Below are positions 42,901 through 53,908 of a DNA stretch of 64,000 nt, piece by piece. The notes below the pieces were generated by a model. It did no database searches. It had not been told where the DNA came from and saw nothing but the letters and a program-made list of their open reading frames with translations. The stretch lies in NCBI GenBank assembly GCA_964016885.1, contig OZ024740.1, positions 376,030,001 to 376,094,000 on the forward strand, in the 5' to 3' direction. Numbering within the stretch: the first letter of the stretch is position 1; every line of letters begins with the position of its first letter. Source of the DNA: Eledone cirrhosa. Lineage: Eukaryota. Position numbers and translations under genes: made by a program.

Positions 42901-43445
42901 AATAGGCAACCATGAACATTTGTGGACAGCTTAACATGTCCCTATCCTTCTTTCTAACTAGAACCCTATCTAGGTATGATCTAGATGTTCCGCTACGATT
43001 AGTCCACGTCCACAGTGGCACAGTCGGAAAATCTAGTCGATATCAAACGGCCAGGTCAAATCGGCCGATTAACTGTTTGAGGCTGTTTCACCCCTCTATT
43101 GGGACATGCTCCCACATAGTCCCAACGTGCATCTAGGATTCCATTCCAGTCCCCCACTAACAGCAGGGAGCGGGACGTTCCCAGAAAAGTCTCTAGAAGA
43201 AGTCTCGTCGCGGTGTCCCGGATGGGGCATATGCGGCCACCATCCTGAAGGCTCCACCTTCACTACCGTCAACGTCTAGGACCGCCAGTGGACCCTCCGG
43301 GTCCAGATGTACCGTCTGTGTTACTAAATCCGGGTGTTTCCGCAGCAAAAAGGCATCCCCAACCCCACCTCCCTATTTCCAGGGCATCCCCAGACCGCGT
43401 ACATTCACACATCCAACTCTTATATTGGCCATGTTGGTGCTGAAA
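39901..43445 (-). mobile_element. L1/Tx1-clade LINE, 5'-truncated within the APE domain, ORF2 frameshifted
   Basis: APE motifs (AAYAP, LVGDWN, SYLDRVL), RT motifs (NFRPITLLNT, RQGCPLS, YADD), PNGGLG, and CPRC...ETV zinc-knuckle region. Flanked on both sides by (GATA)n. Confidence 0.92.
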
Positions 43446-43869
43446 AGATATATAGATAGATAGATAGATAGATATGTGTATATATGCGTACATGTGTTCG
43501 TATGTATGTATATATATGTGTATATGTGTATGTATATGTGTGTGTCTATATATACGTATGTTTACGTGTATGTGTGTAAGTTTAAGTATATGCGTAAGTA
43601 GATGCTTATATATGTATGTGTATATTTATTTATATATACATATATATTTATATATACATATATATTTATTATTTTTCCCCATTACATTACGTCCGTTATA
43701 TCAGCCTCGCTTTCAATTGTTCTAGGTTTTGTTTTGAAATCCATATTTCACTTCCTCTTCAAATAAAATTTCGTGCTAATGAACGATATCAGACGTCTGT
43801 GTCGAGCATGTCTGTCTTTGTGAACCTTTGGTAAATGGAATAATTATCTTATCTGGTTTATTGCATAAC

Positions 43870-43972
<103 letters not shown>

Positions 43973-44007
43973 TGTGTGGTGAGAGAGGTAGAAAGATGCA
44001 TAGATAA

Positions 44008-44056
<49 letters not shown>

Positions 44057-44060
<4 letters not shown>

Positions 44061-44284
44061 ATTGGTGTTGGATGCTTAAATCGTCCGTATGCGGTAGTCC
44101 GTATGAGCACTCGATGCCCTCGTAGGAAAATCTGCTTCGTAGAATCGTGATGTATCCGAGGACCGCGCGATTTCAGAGTCAAGTTTGATCACCATATCGA
44201 TCGTACCTCGAGCTGGTCGCCCGAGAAACAATTGTAATATGTGCAATAAATTCCTTTCGTCGCAACACTGGTTCTCTTTTTTCT

Positions 44285-44290
<6 letters not shown>
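44057..44290 (+). repeat. Short element embedded in (TA)n (solo-LTR-like), related to 5240-5478
   Basis: Starts TGTAA, contains AATAAA ~45 bp before the end, and has (TA)n on both sides. Confidence 0.55.
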
Positions 44291-44331
<41 letters not shown>

Positions 44332-44335
<4 letters not shown>

Positions 44336-44983
44336 AAATGAAAATCCCAAGGCAAGGTAGAATTCCAATCATTTAATCTCGACACATGTTTCAATAAGAG
44401 ATAGATAGATTGTGAAGCCATGATCGATTATCACTTGAACTCATCAGGTGAAAATGAATTGTCTTCAAATACTTGATATGAGGGAGAAAAAAATAACGAT
44501 ATTCTCTCACAGAATTCATTCCCTCATATGAAAACACATCAGTCAGAGACACGGCGACTGCTATTAACTTCAGTTGAGGTCATAAAAGTTGTCGGACCTC
44601 TATCGCTGCAAAAGACGCTGGACATCAATCAAATCCGTCGGGATTGTCTGTGTACCCACTCACATTAACTATATCCCTACAGATTTGATTGATGTCCAGC
44701 TTCTTTTGCAGCGATAGAGGTGCGACAACTTGTATGACCCCAATTGACGTTAATAGCAGTCGCCGTGTCTCTGACTGGTGTGTTTTCATATGAGGAATAA
44801 ATTCTGTGAGAGAACATCGTTATTTTTTTCTCCCTCATATCAAGAATTTGAAGACAATTCATTTTCACCTGATTAGGTCGGTGATAATCGATCATGGCTT
44901 GATAATCTATCTATCTCTTATTGACACATGCGTTGTGATTAAATGATTCGAATTTTACCTTGCCTTTGGATTTTCATTTTGAT
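44332..44983. repeat. ~650-bp palindrome (family C), ~310-bp arms and ~28-bp spacer, with an HHR-like motif in each arm
   Basis: atcaaaatgaaaatcc...gggat / atccc...ggattttcattttgat. Confidence 0.9.
44369..44457 (-). ncRNA. Hammerhead-like motif, family C, with a long stem II region
   Basis: tcattttcac CTGATGA g...(~48 nt)...t GAAAC atgt GTC gagattaaatga. The other arm has the better stem I partner gtgattaaatga but a mutated core (CTGATTA, GACAC). Confidence 0.55.
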
Positions 44984-45130
44984 ACTTATACTCCGTTTGA
45001 CATCATCTAGCTGTTCCCTTGAATGGAATTGTAGATATACAAAAGCGTGGAGAACTTAATATTGCTAACATAAATTTATTGGACCATTTTACACAACCAA
45101 TAATGTACCTTACTATATATATATATATAT

Positions 45131-45206
45131 GAGCAACGTGAAATAAAGTGTCTTGCTGAAGGACATAACGCATCGCCTGGTCCAGGAATCGAACTCACAA
45201 CCTTAC
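45131..45206 (-). mobile_element. tRNA-SINE fragment, inverted near-identical copy of 48459-48534
   Basis: Reverse complement gtaaggttgtgagttcgattcctggacc...ttcacgttgctc. Confidence 0.8.
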
Positions 45207-45222
45207 ATTTAAATATAACTTT

Positions 45223-45278
<56 letters not shown>

Positions 45279-46782
45279 AAAGTTATATTTAAATTGTTGG
45301 GTTAACAACGAGTAAATATTTATAACTGATATAAAAGCACTCAACAAGTATTTGGAGTATATTTATGATATTAAATAAATGGAAACTATATTTATAAAAC
45401 CATATTTATTCCGTTATATATATTTTAGGGATATCATATTAACAATATGTTATGCCTTCTTCAGACAAAATACAATATAAACAGTCTTATAAATAAATAG
45501 ATACGACATACCTTTCAATCACCTTGCATTTGGGAGGTTGATTTGGCAGTAAAAAATATTGTGGACAGTTGTAAAAAGAAAGAGATAAAGAGAGAAAGAA
45601 AGAGAAACGAAGAAAAAGAAGAAATGTATGTGACTAAATAGAGAGATATAGAAAGATAGATAAAGAGAAGAACTTCAAGTAAAGAAACAGAGAGAAATAT
45701 ATATAGAGAGAGGAAAAAAGAAAGAGATAGATAGAGATAGATAGAGAAACTAGGAGGTTGAGAATCGGTTGATACATTTATTTATTTATTTATTTAGCTC
45801 TAGTATTAATGTAAAGAGAGATGTATGTAGTTAAGAGAGAAAATAGCCGTTATATAGAGAGAAAAAGAGAAAATGAGAAAGAGAAAATGAAACATAACCA
45901 GACATAAACGATGCAGAATTTAAAACCGCTATGTTTTATCCCGTAGAAAATATTAGTTCGTATAAAACAGGCATTATAATGTAAATACCAGTATTCATGA
46001 ATGAGACATGTATCTATAATGTGTGAAAAGTAATGATCTTATGTCTAGTTTTTAAAAATTCATATGTTTATATAATTATAAACAAACTCCCAATTCACAC
46101 GAAAACATTCTCATTGTGCTATAAAAATTCAAGTATACATATATGTGTGTATATATACACACATATATATAGAGTCTATATTAATTTTAACAATACTATA
46201 CTTGTCTTTATTCTACATGATTGTCGATAGAGAACAGATTTCAATATATTAATAAAAATAAAAATAAAAATATCAGAGACAAGAAAATAAATAAATAAAC
46301 AGAAAACTAAAACATTTAATATTAAAAATAAAAATAAAAAATATTACAAAATATTAAAAAATATTAAAAAATTAAAAAATAAAAAATATTAAAAAATATT
46401 AAAAAATAATACAAATAAAACACAGAGATCAGCCTTTCAAAGTTAATTGACAATATATTGCCAAGATCATCATAAGCATCAGAGTCGAAACAGATAAAAC
46501 AAAAATTGTTTACCAAATCCTGTCTAGCAGAAATCATTCCAAAAGTTTAGGATACCCATTTGGTCTACATATGTTCTTATATTTAATATAGAAGTTTATC
46601 TAGTTTAAAATTTAATTCGATATATTTGGAGCATCAGCTTTTAGGGTAGTTTAATTATTCATGAAAAATGTTTTAATAAAAATGTTTTAATAAAAAGAAT
46701 GTTTTAATAAAAAAAAAAAAAGAAGAAATCGAAAGATTTATCGGCTAGTTTCATAAATAATTACAAATCAAATCAAACATAA

Positions 46783-48045
46783 CTACATTTCAAATTTAAA
46801 TTTATATTTAAACGTTGAGTTCAATCTATGTCTGCAGCAACTGAATAAATTTGTCCGTAGATTAAGGGAATTTTTAGATTTTAGTATAAAGAATATCTCC
46901 TCCGCACAGAGGTCACATGTCTCAGAGGATGAATTAAAAGGAATCCCCCTTGAAACTATATTCCAAGTCGTCGAATATCTAACGTTATCATGCCTAAGTT
47001 GCCAGAGTACGCCTGATAGTGCTGTTGAAGATTTTTTGGATGGATCTGTGAAAGAATTCTTGTGGTTGTTATAGCGAAGTTTAAATTCCGTCGATGTAGA
47101 ACCAACGTAATTAAAAGAATTAACGTCCGTTTTAACATTACAGTTGTATATTATATTTTTAACTAAGCAGTTGTTATTTAACGGACATTTAGATCTATCT
47201 CTACAGTTACATTTGTTAACTTGGATATTATTTATGCTATTATTGCTAGGTTTTAAGTTCCTGTTATTTATTCTATTAATATTTTGCGCTAAATTTTTGG
47301 TGGATGAGTAGGTTAGTTTTATAGTATGTCTATTGAAAATTGAGTGATACCTATGTGTTCTAGGGAAGCGATTATCGAGAGCTTTAAAAAATAGTTTAGC
47401 AATGTGGGTTTTAATGTTTAGTGAGAAAGGGGGGGGGGGCAAACCATATTATATTCCTAGTTCTATTTCTTTTATGGCTTTTGGAATTATTGTAATGCTT
47501 TCTATTATAGTTGTTAAGGTTGTGGCCATAATTAAAATAGTTGTTATTTTGTTTAATTTGTTTATCATTATCTATGTACATAATTTTATCACTATATCCT
47601 GCTCTAGCTAACGCTTCATTGTAATAATGGGCTTTTTCGTCGAAAATCTTTTTATTAGATGAGATTCTAGAGATACGTGATTGAACAGAGTTTACCATAG
47701 TATTTTTAACAGATTTGGGGTGGTTAGAGTTAAAGCTGACATAGTTTAAGTTTTCATTCAACTTGTGAAATGGATAGTGAAGACATGTGTTGAGATTTAA
47801 TGTTATATCTAGGAACTATTCTATGGTTATTCTCAATTTCTATTTTTAGATTAAAGTGATTAAAAAATTGTGTAATTTGTTTTCTTTTTCTATTTAGTTC
47901 AGAGTTATTATTATCAATAAGTAAAAGCATGTCATCTCTATATAAACCTCCGGTAGTACCAGGTATTTTCCTATGCAGCGAATTGATTAAAAATAAGCCC
48001 ACAAGGTCAGTTACCTGAGCTGAGTCGGATGATCCCATAGTAATG
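46783..48045 (-). pseudogene. PLE RT C-terminus plus GIY-YIG endonuclease (about two frameshifts)
   Basis: ITMGSSDSAQVTDLVG, GGLYRDD, SNHPKS, IIWFAPP, CNCRDRSKCPLNNNCL, IIY...YVGST...RYNNH, CDLCAEE. Confidence 0.92.
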
Positions 48046-48269
48046 TCTCTCTGTTTCTTTACTTGAAGTTCTTCTCTTTATCTATCTTTCTATATCTCTC
48101 TATTTAGTCACATGCATTTCTTCTTTTTCTTCGTTTCTCTTTCTTTCTCTCTTTATCTCTTTCTTTTTACAACTGTCCACAATATTTTTTACTGCCAAAT
48201 CAACCTCCAAAAATGCAAGGTGATTGAAAGGTATGTCGTATCTATTTATTTATAAGACTGTTTATATTG

Positions 48270-48335
48270 TATTTTGTCTGAAGAAGGCATAACATATTGT
48301 TAATACGATATCCCTGAAATATATATAACGAAATA
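48270..48335 (+). ncRNA. Hammerhead ribozyme motif, family A (PLE pLTR); the mirror copy at 45407-45472 (-) has GAAA>AAAA
   Basis: tattttgt CTGAAGA agg...cct GAAA tatatata acgaaata. Confidence 0.75.
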
Positions 48336-48419
48336 AATATGGTTTTATAAATATATATATATATTTTATAAATATATATATTTTATAAATATATATATAT
48401 ATATATATATATAAGTGAA

Positions 48420-48535
48420 GGCGTGCGGCTGAATGGTTAGAGAATTGGATTCGCAATCGTAAGGTTGTGAGTTCGATTCCTGGACCAGGCGATGCGTTAT
48501 GTCCTTGAGCAAGACACTTTATTTCACGTTGCTCC
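48420..48535 (+). mobile_element. tRNA-derived SINE head, 3'-truncated
   Basis: A-box-like cggctgaatggttag and B-box gagttcgattcc, followed by gtccttgagcaagacacttt. Confidence 0.8.
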
Positions 48536-49558
48536 TTCTACCTGGAGTTGCGACCGATAGATAGTATTAGCAATTGGAAAGACCAACGGAAACATTGTTC
48601 CCTCGGTCCGATTTGACGAAAGTCGATCGTTCCTTTTATATAAATATATATATATATATACATACATATATGCATATAAATGTATGTATGTGGGTGTTAT
48701 ATAAGCTTATACAACATTTTTATATTCTATATTATACATCCTCCTTATAAGGACTGTCACGAGCTATTGTAAAATAGAAATTCAAAGACTAGCAGTGTGA
48801 TTAATACAGAATTATCAATGAATGTGTATATAACAACTATGTATCTGTTTCTTCTGTTAATGGACGTTTTCAGCCATCAAAAGAACATTAGTTAGTGTGA
48901 ACATATAGAACTGCTTGTCTTATTTAGTATTTATAAAACAATATGTGACGTAACATGAATGTACTAGGAGTTATTTTTTATGACCTGAAAGAGAGTAATT
49001 GTTTTATATGCAACAAAGTAATATAACATATAAACATTATGTTCGAGGATGTTTTGTTTGAAAAATGGGTTGTAGGTTAAGTTCTTATTATGGTATTATC
49101 TTTTCATACGTTAGCTAATAATATGTTCTACCTAGGAATAATGTAGGGTTAAATATTGTTGAAAGAAATTTTATAAGCGGTATAGAATTTTAAAGGGCAC
49201 ATTAAAGATATATGATTAAAATATGGAAGTTTTTAAAATTAATTAAACAATGATATTAACGTAACATATACAAAATATAATAGAAATAATGTATATGAAA
49301 TTAAAACTAAGAAAAAAAGAAAATGGATGCTAATTTGGAATAAGGCAGCATAATGTTTCTTTGTTGGTTTGAATCAACTCTTGCCCACTCTCATATATAC
49401 TTTTATATTAAATCACAGACACATTTACTTGTGTGTGTATATATAAGATATAACCAGCAGGAAGATTACTACCAAATCCACATTCAAAAATTGCAAACGA
49501 ACGGAATAAAACACCATACATATTTAATGTACCAGCCAAAGCTCTAGTCGGAAATAAT

Positions 49559-49743
49559 TGTTTCTACTTTTGGCACAAGGCCAGCAATTACACAATACAT
49601 TACTGGTACTTTATTTTATCGACCCCGTAAGGCTGAAAGGTAAAGTTGACCTCGGCGGGGTTTGAACTCAGAATGGAAAGAGCCGTAGCTCTATGCGTCA
49701 AAGCATAGTGTCCGACTCTCTACCGATACTGCCAATCCACCGG
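49559..49743 (-). mobile_element. tRNA-derived SINE with a 16-bp target-site duplication
   Basis: TSD tctagtcggaaataat at 49543-49558 and 49744-49759. Confidence 0.9.
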
Positions 49744-50774
49744 TCTAGTCGGAAATAATGACTTTAAATAATTCTGAAACTATTTCCATCAACTGCATAG
49801 GTACTACTGTATGTTCACAAAAATACTATCAACTCATATTTTGTTAATTCCTGGCTTTACTAACATTCGAGTGTCCTTAAGTATGTTTTGAATTAATAAA
49901 ACGCTTCAACCACCCTATATTAAGTGCATAAAGTATAGAATGCTTTACATGGAATCTAACTGGCTCGCTGAAAATATCGTTGTTTAATACCATTAAATAA
50001 TACGATAAATATGTATGTTTTGCACAGGGAATTCTAACAAACAATACTATAGACAACGCAAGTAATATATACTTCGAAACTAAAATAGATGTTCAGAATG
50101 TTCAATAGTCTAATTCGTTCTAAAGATGAAAAACAGTAAAGTATCTCATATTTTATTTAATAGAACATAATTTCGATGTCTAATTCAAGTGACGCTTATA
50201 CAACACCATGTGATGTCAGAACAGTTAAATCTTACTAAAATATCTTGACTAAAAGACAGAAAACAGAATCTTGGAAATAATATAATATATCAGATACAAT
50301 ATTTACAAAAACTTTAGAAGCTTTATAATTAAAAATATATCCCGATGAATTTTAAATTTCAGATTTTCACCGTTCTGAATCCACTGCCTATCATATAAAA
50401 CACCCGCGGTACTACATTCACCTGCATAAAATGGTTTCTAAAGGAAAATATATATTTTTGAGTATATCGTAATTAGAACTAAGGTTGGACTTTACATCAT
50501 GATCTATTCAAGTACAAAATAGTATATATATAAAGAATTGTACACGCAAGAGAGCATGAACGTGAGAATGAATGTAAAAGAAAGCATGAACAAACGTACG
50601 AGTTTAATCATATGGTCAATATCGACCATATGATTAAACTCGTACGATTGTTCATGCTTTCAACATATTCATATTGTCACTCATCAAACATTAGATCGTA
50701 TTCACTTTTTATGACTTTATTATTTATTATTTTATCAAATATTTTGCAACAATCTCTTTTGACTACCTATTTGA

Positions 50775-51710
50775 AGATTGGGATTATCAAAATTGGAATT
50801 TCAGAGGAAACTAGTTGTTAATCCTCCCCGATAAAGTCTATGCTATGTGTCTGGCAAAGAGATGCAGTGAGATTGCTGAGTCCATGCTAACTGATGAACA
50901 GTGCGATTTAAGCCCTGGTCACAGCACAGCTGACCAAATATTCACACTGCACCAGGTCTTTGGGAAATGCCAAGTGGTATATACTTGTTTTGTAAACCTC
51001 GAAAAGGCGTATGACCGCTTTCCTTGGGATCTACTGTGGAAGGTTCTGCAAGAGTATGGGATCGAAGGTCAGCTTCTTGCAACACATGTCTCTATACGAA
51101 TGTCCGAGTATTTGTGTTCGGATAAATGGTGTTAAATCGAAACCATTCAATGTGGAAGTTGGACTCCAGCAAGAATGCGTACTGTCACCTCTACTGTTCA
51201 TTATTTTCAGGAACTGGATTGACATACACAGTCGGGTTGGAAATCGTATCACGACTGGCAGGTGTAAAATAAGTGAGCTCAAATTTTCAGACGATATGGT
51301 ATTAGTTAAGTCGCCAAAAGGTGATCTCCGTCTTCCATTTGATAGGTTTGATGTTGAGCTGGAATATTGCATGGCTGGAATATAAATCACTACTGTAAAT
51401 ACTGAGACACTGTTTCTCTGTAGGAAGACTGTGCAGTACATTCTACAATTGAATTGAGCGGGTGGAGAAGTTCAATTATCTATTTGCCTTTTTCAAGAGT
51501 AATAAAAGGTATGCGGCAGAATTAAGGGTAAGACTTGCAAGAGCTGGTGCAGTAATGTGCCAGGTTCAGCATTCGGTAATCAGAAGATAGGTAAGTGTAA
51601 AACCCTAACTCGCTATCTTCAATACGGATCAGATGGTGACGGTTGCTTCTGGCATGACACGCTGGAACAAGTGTTTCAGGTCTGTTCTCACGACCCGCTC
51701 AGCAAGAGGA
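50775..51710 (+). pseudogene. RTE-clade LINE remnant (RT domain, internally deleted) ending in a (GAA)n tail
   Basis: DKVYA, EQCDLSPGHSTADQIFTL, CFVNLEKAYD, GLQQECVLSPLLF, FSDD. Confidence 0.8.
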
Positions 51711-51835
51711 AGAAGAAGAAGAAGAAGAAGAAGAAGAAGAAGAAGAAGAAGAAGAAGAAGAAGAAGAAGAAGAAGAAGAAGAAGAAGAAGAAGAAGAAGA
51801 AGAAGAAGAAGAAGAAGAAGAAGAAGAAGAAGAAG

Positions 51836-51871
<36 letters not shown>

Positions 51872-51906
51872 AGCGGCAGCAACAACGACAACAACAACAA
51901 CAACAA
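51708..51906. repeat. (GAA)n followed by (CAA)n microsatellite
   Basis: Directly visible. Confidence 0.95.
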
Positions 51907-52314
51907 GAATATTTTGTCTCAAGTTATCTTATTAGAACATTGTTTTAATGTGCTATCAAATTATTATATATTATATGAGGGATGTGCCATTCCGGTATTT
52001 GTTCTGACTATATTCTGGTTTGACAGGTGTAAATAACCAATTGATACAAAAAATTCCTTTTGCCACAGCCTAACAATTCAGCCACTCAACGAAACATTTG
52101 GTGTACTCAGAAATAAATGATCCCTAAAAAAATGTGTGGGTGTTTGTATATATGCGAATATTTTACGTAAGTGTGGATGTGACCCTTTTCTTTTCTCTGC
52201 GTATATTTCTTAAGATAGTTTTTCAAAGAATCCCTGTTCTTTAAAATCGCAACGCCAACGACCTTAAACCGTCCTCAAAATCACCACCTTCCCCAACCAC
52301 CAGAAAACATATAA

Positions 52315-53410
52315 ATATCACTGGATGATGCTATGTTGGGCGGGCCCGTAAAGACTGTCTGTCATGACCTACAATCGGTGGTTCCTGCATTGGCGGGAAT
52401 CGGCCTCCAGGTCAATTCGTCCAAGTCAGGGGTGATGAATGTCAGCCACGAAGCTGAGTTTTGCGGCCTCCGCCTCGGGCGTGCGGTTCATTCTCTATCA
52501 GGTACAGGTGACCCCCAAATAGGATGTCCTCATCCTTGAGTCACCGATCCACGCACCGACTATTTGCTCCACCATCAGGTCCAGGCAACTCAAAATCCTC
52601 ACGAGCCGATGGGGCTTGGTTGACGGCCACCCTGCACTCTTCCTGTCGTGGAACTACTTCGCCATGCCGAGGCTCCTCTATGCCCTTCGCAACGCTCCGT
52701 GCTACAGCCACGCATCACGCCAGATCGACCAGCACCGCTTTACCTGTTTTCGCGCGGCCTCCAAACCTAACAGTGGTGCCTGGCTCTATGGCTTTCCCCC
52801 TACTCCACTGTCACGCAGCTGGATAACGATAGCTTGCGCATCGGTGTTTCCTTGTGGGTTTGCCTCCGGATCTGTGAGCCACATAAATGTCGCTGTGGAT
52901 CCACCGTGGACTCTTTCGTCCTTCACCCGGTTTCCTCTCGCCATAGTGCCGGCCACCTTCCACGCCATGCTGCTCTGATACGAGGTCATAAAGCATGGCT
53001 TGGACTCTGCAGGCTTCCCTTTCCAGCTCGAGCCGGAGAGGCTGGACCGAGGGTACGGCAAATGGCCAGACGGCATGACCATCTACCCCGTCCACGGTCG
53101 CAAACCCTTCGTCTGGGCTGCCACTTGCAGTGACACTTTCACCATCCGCAACCTGGTGCAGTCTGCGACTAACCCCGGTTCTTCTACACGACGAGCTGAG
53201 GAGACCAAACTCTCCAAGTACCGGTTCTCCAACAGGTTCGTGGTCGTGCATTTGGCAGTGGAGAATTCTGGTGCCCTTAACCCTAGGGCTACCTCCCTAC
53301 TCACCACCATAGGCACTGAGCTGTCCAGCCGCAGGTGGGTGACTCACGAGTTGGAATGGCTCTTCCAGCGCATCACCCTTGCCGTCTGCCGAGGCTCTGG
53401 GGAGGCCAGC
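52315..53410 (+). pseudogene. CRE-clade (RLE) LINE remnant, internally deleted
   Basis: LDDAMLGG, IGLQVNSSKS, MPRLLYALR, SGAWL, CRCG...H...RH, LEP...GKWPDGMT...W.ATCSDT, WLFQRITLAVCRG. Confidence 0.8.
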
Positions 53411-53908
53411 ACGTGGGACCCTATTTGCTTACCATACGGAGAGATGGAGACGATGACATTGGGAGTTAGGCTCTTCCACATTCGGACCATATCCTTGTGA
53501 TTGAGTTCTTTAAGCAGTTAATGAGTCTGTTTATGCATAGACTCAATAGTGTACATTGTGTATATATCATTTAATACAGTTGTGTGTTCTTTCAATGTAG
53601 CTGCAATAGCAAATACTTTTAGAGCGAACAACCAGTAACATCAATACAGTAGATGTTTTTGGTACTATGACACCTTCGTAGACATCTGGTAATATATTTT
53701 CATTCCCCATTGATACCCTTCTTTGTTGCCCCCCAAATCTAAGCAGTATCGTACATGCATCCATCCTGATTGAATGAATTACAGTATTTTATGACCAATA
53801 TTAAAATGGGAGATGGCTTTCCTGAAAACCTCTTAGGAATGAAAATTTCTAGTCATGTAGAAGCCATTTCTATATTAATATAATATAATATATATATATA
53901 TATATATA

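Larger units (their letters stand above)
45276..48353 (-). mobile_element. Penelope-like element copy 2, 5'-truncated, with an inverted pLTR at the 5' junction
   Basis: Coding region 46783-48045. 45388-45695 is repeated in inverted orientation at 48046-48353, and both arms carry the HHR. Confidence 0.9.

Noticed and set aside
48420-48490. tRNA gene
   Set aside because: A and B boxes are present, but it runs into a SINE body and lacks a proper acceptor stem, so it is called a SINE head.
51557-52036. Poly-Lys, poly-Arg and poly-Leu ORFs
   Set aside because: Translation of the (GAA)n(CAA)n tail of the RTE remnant.
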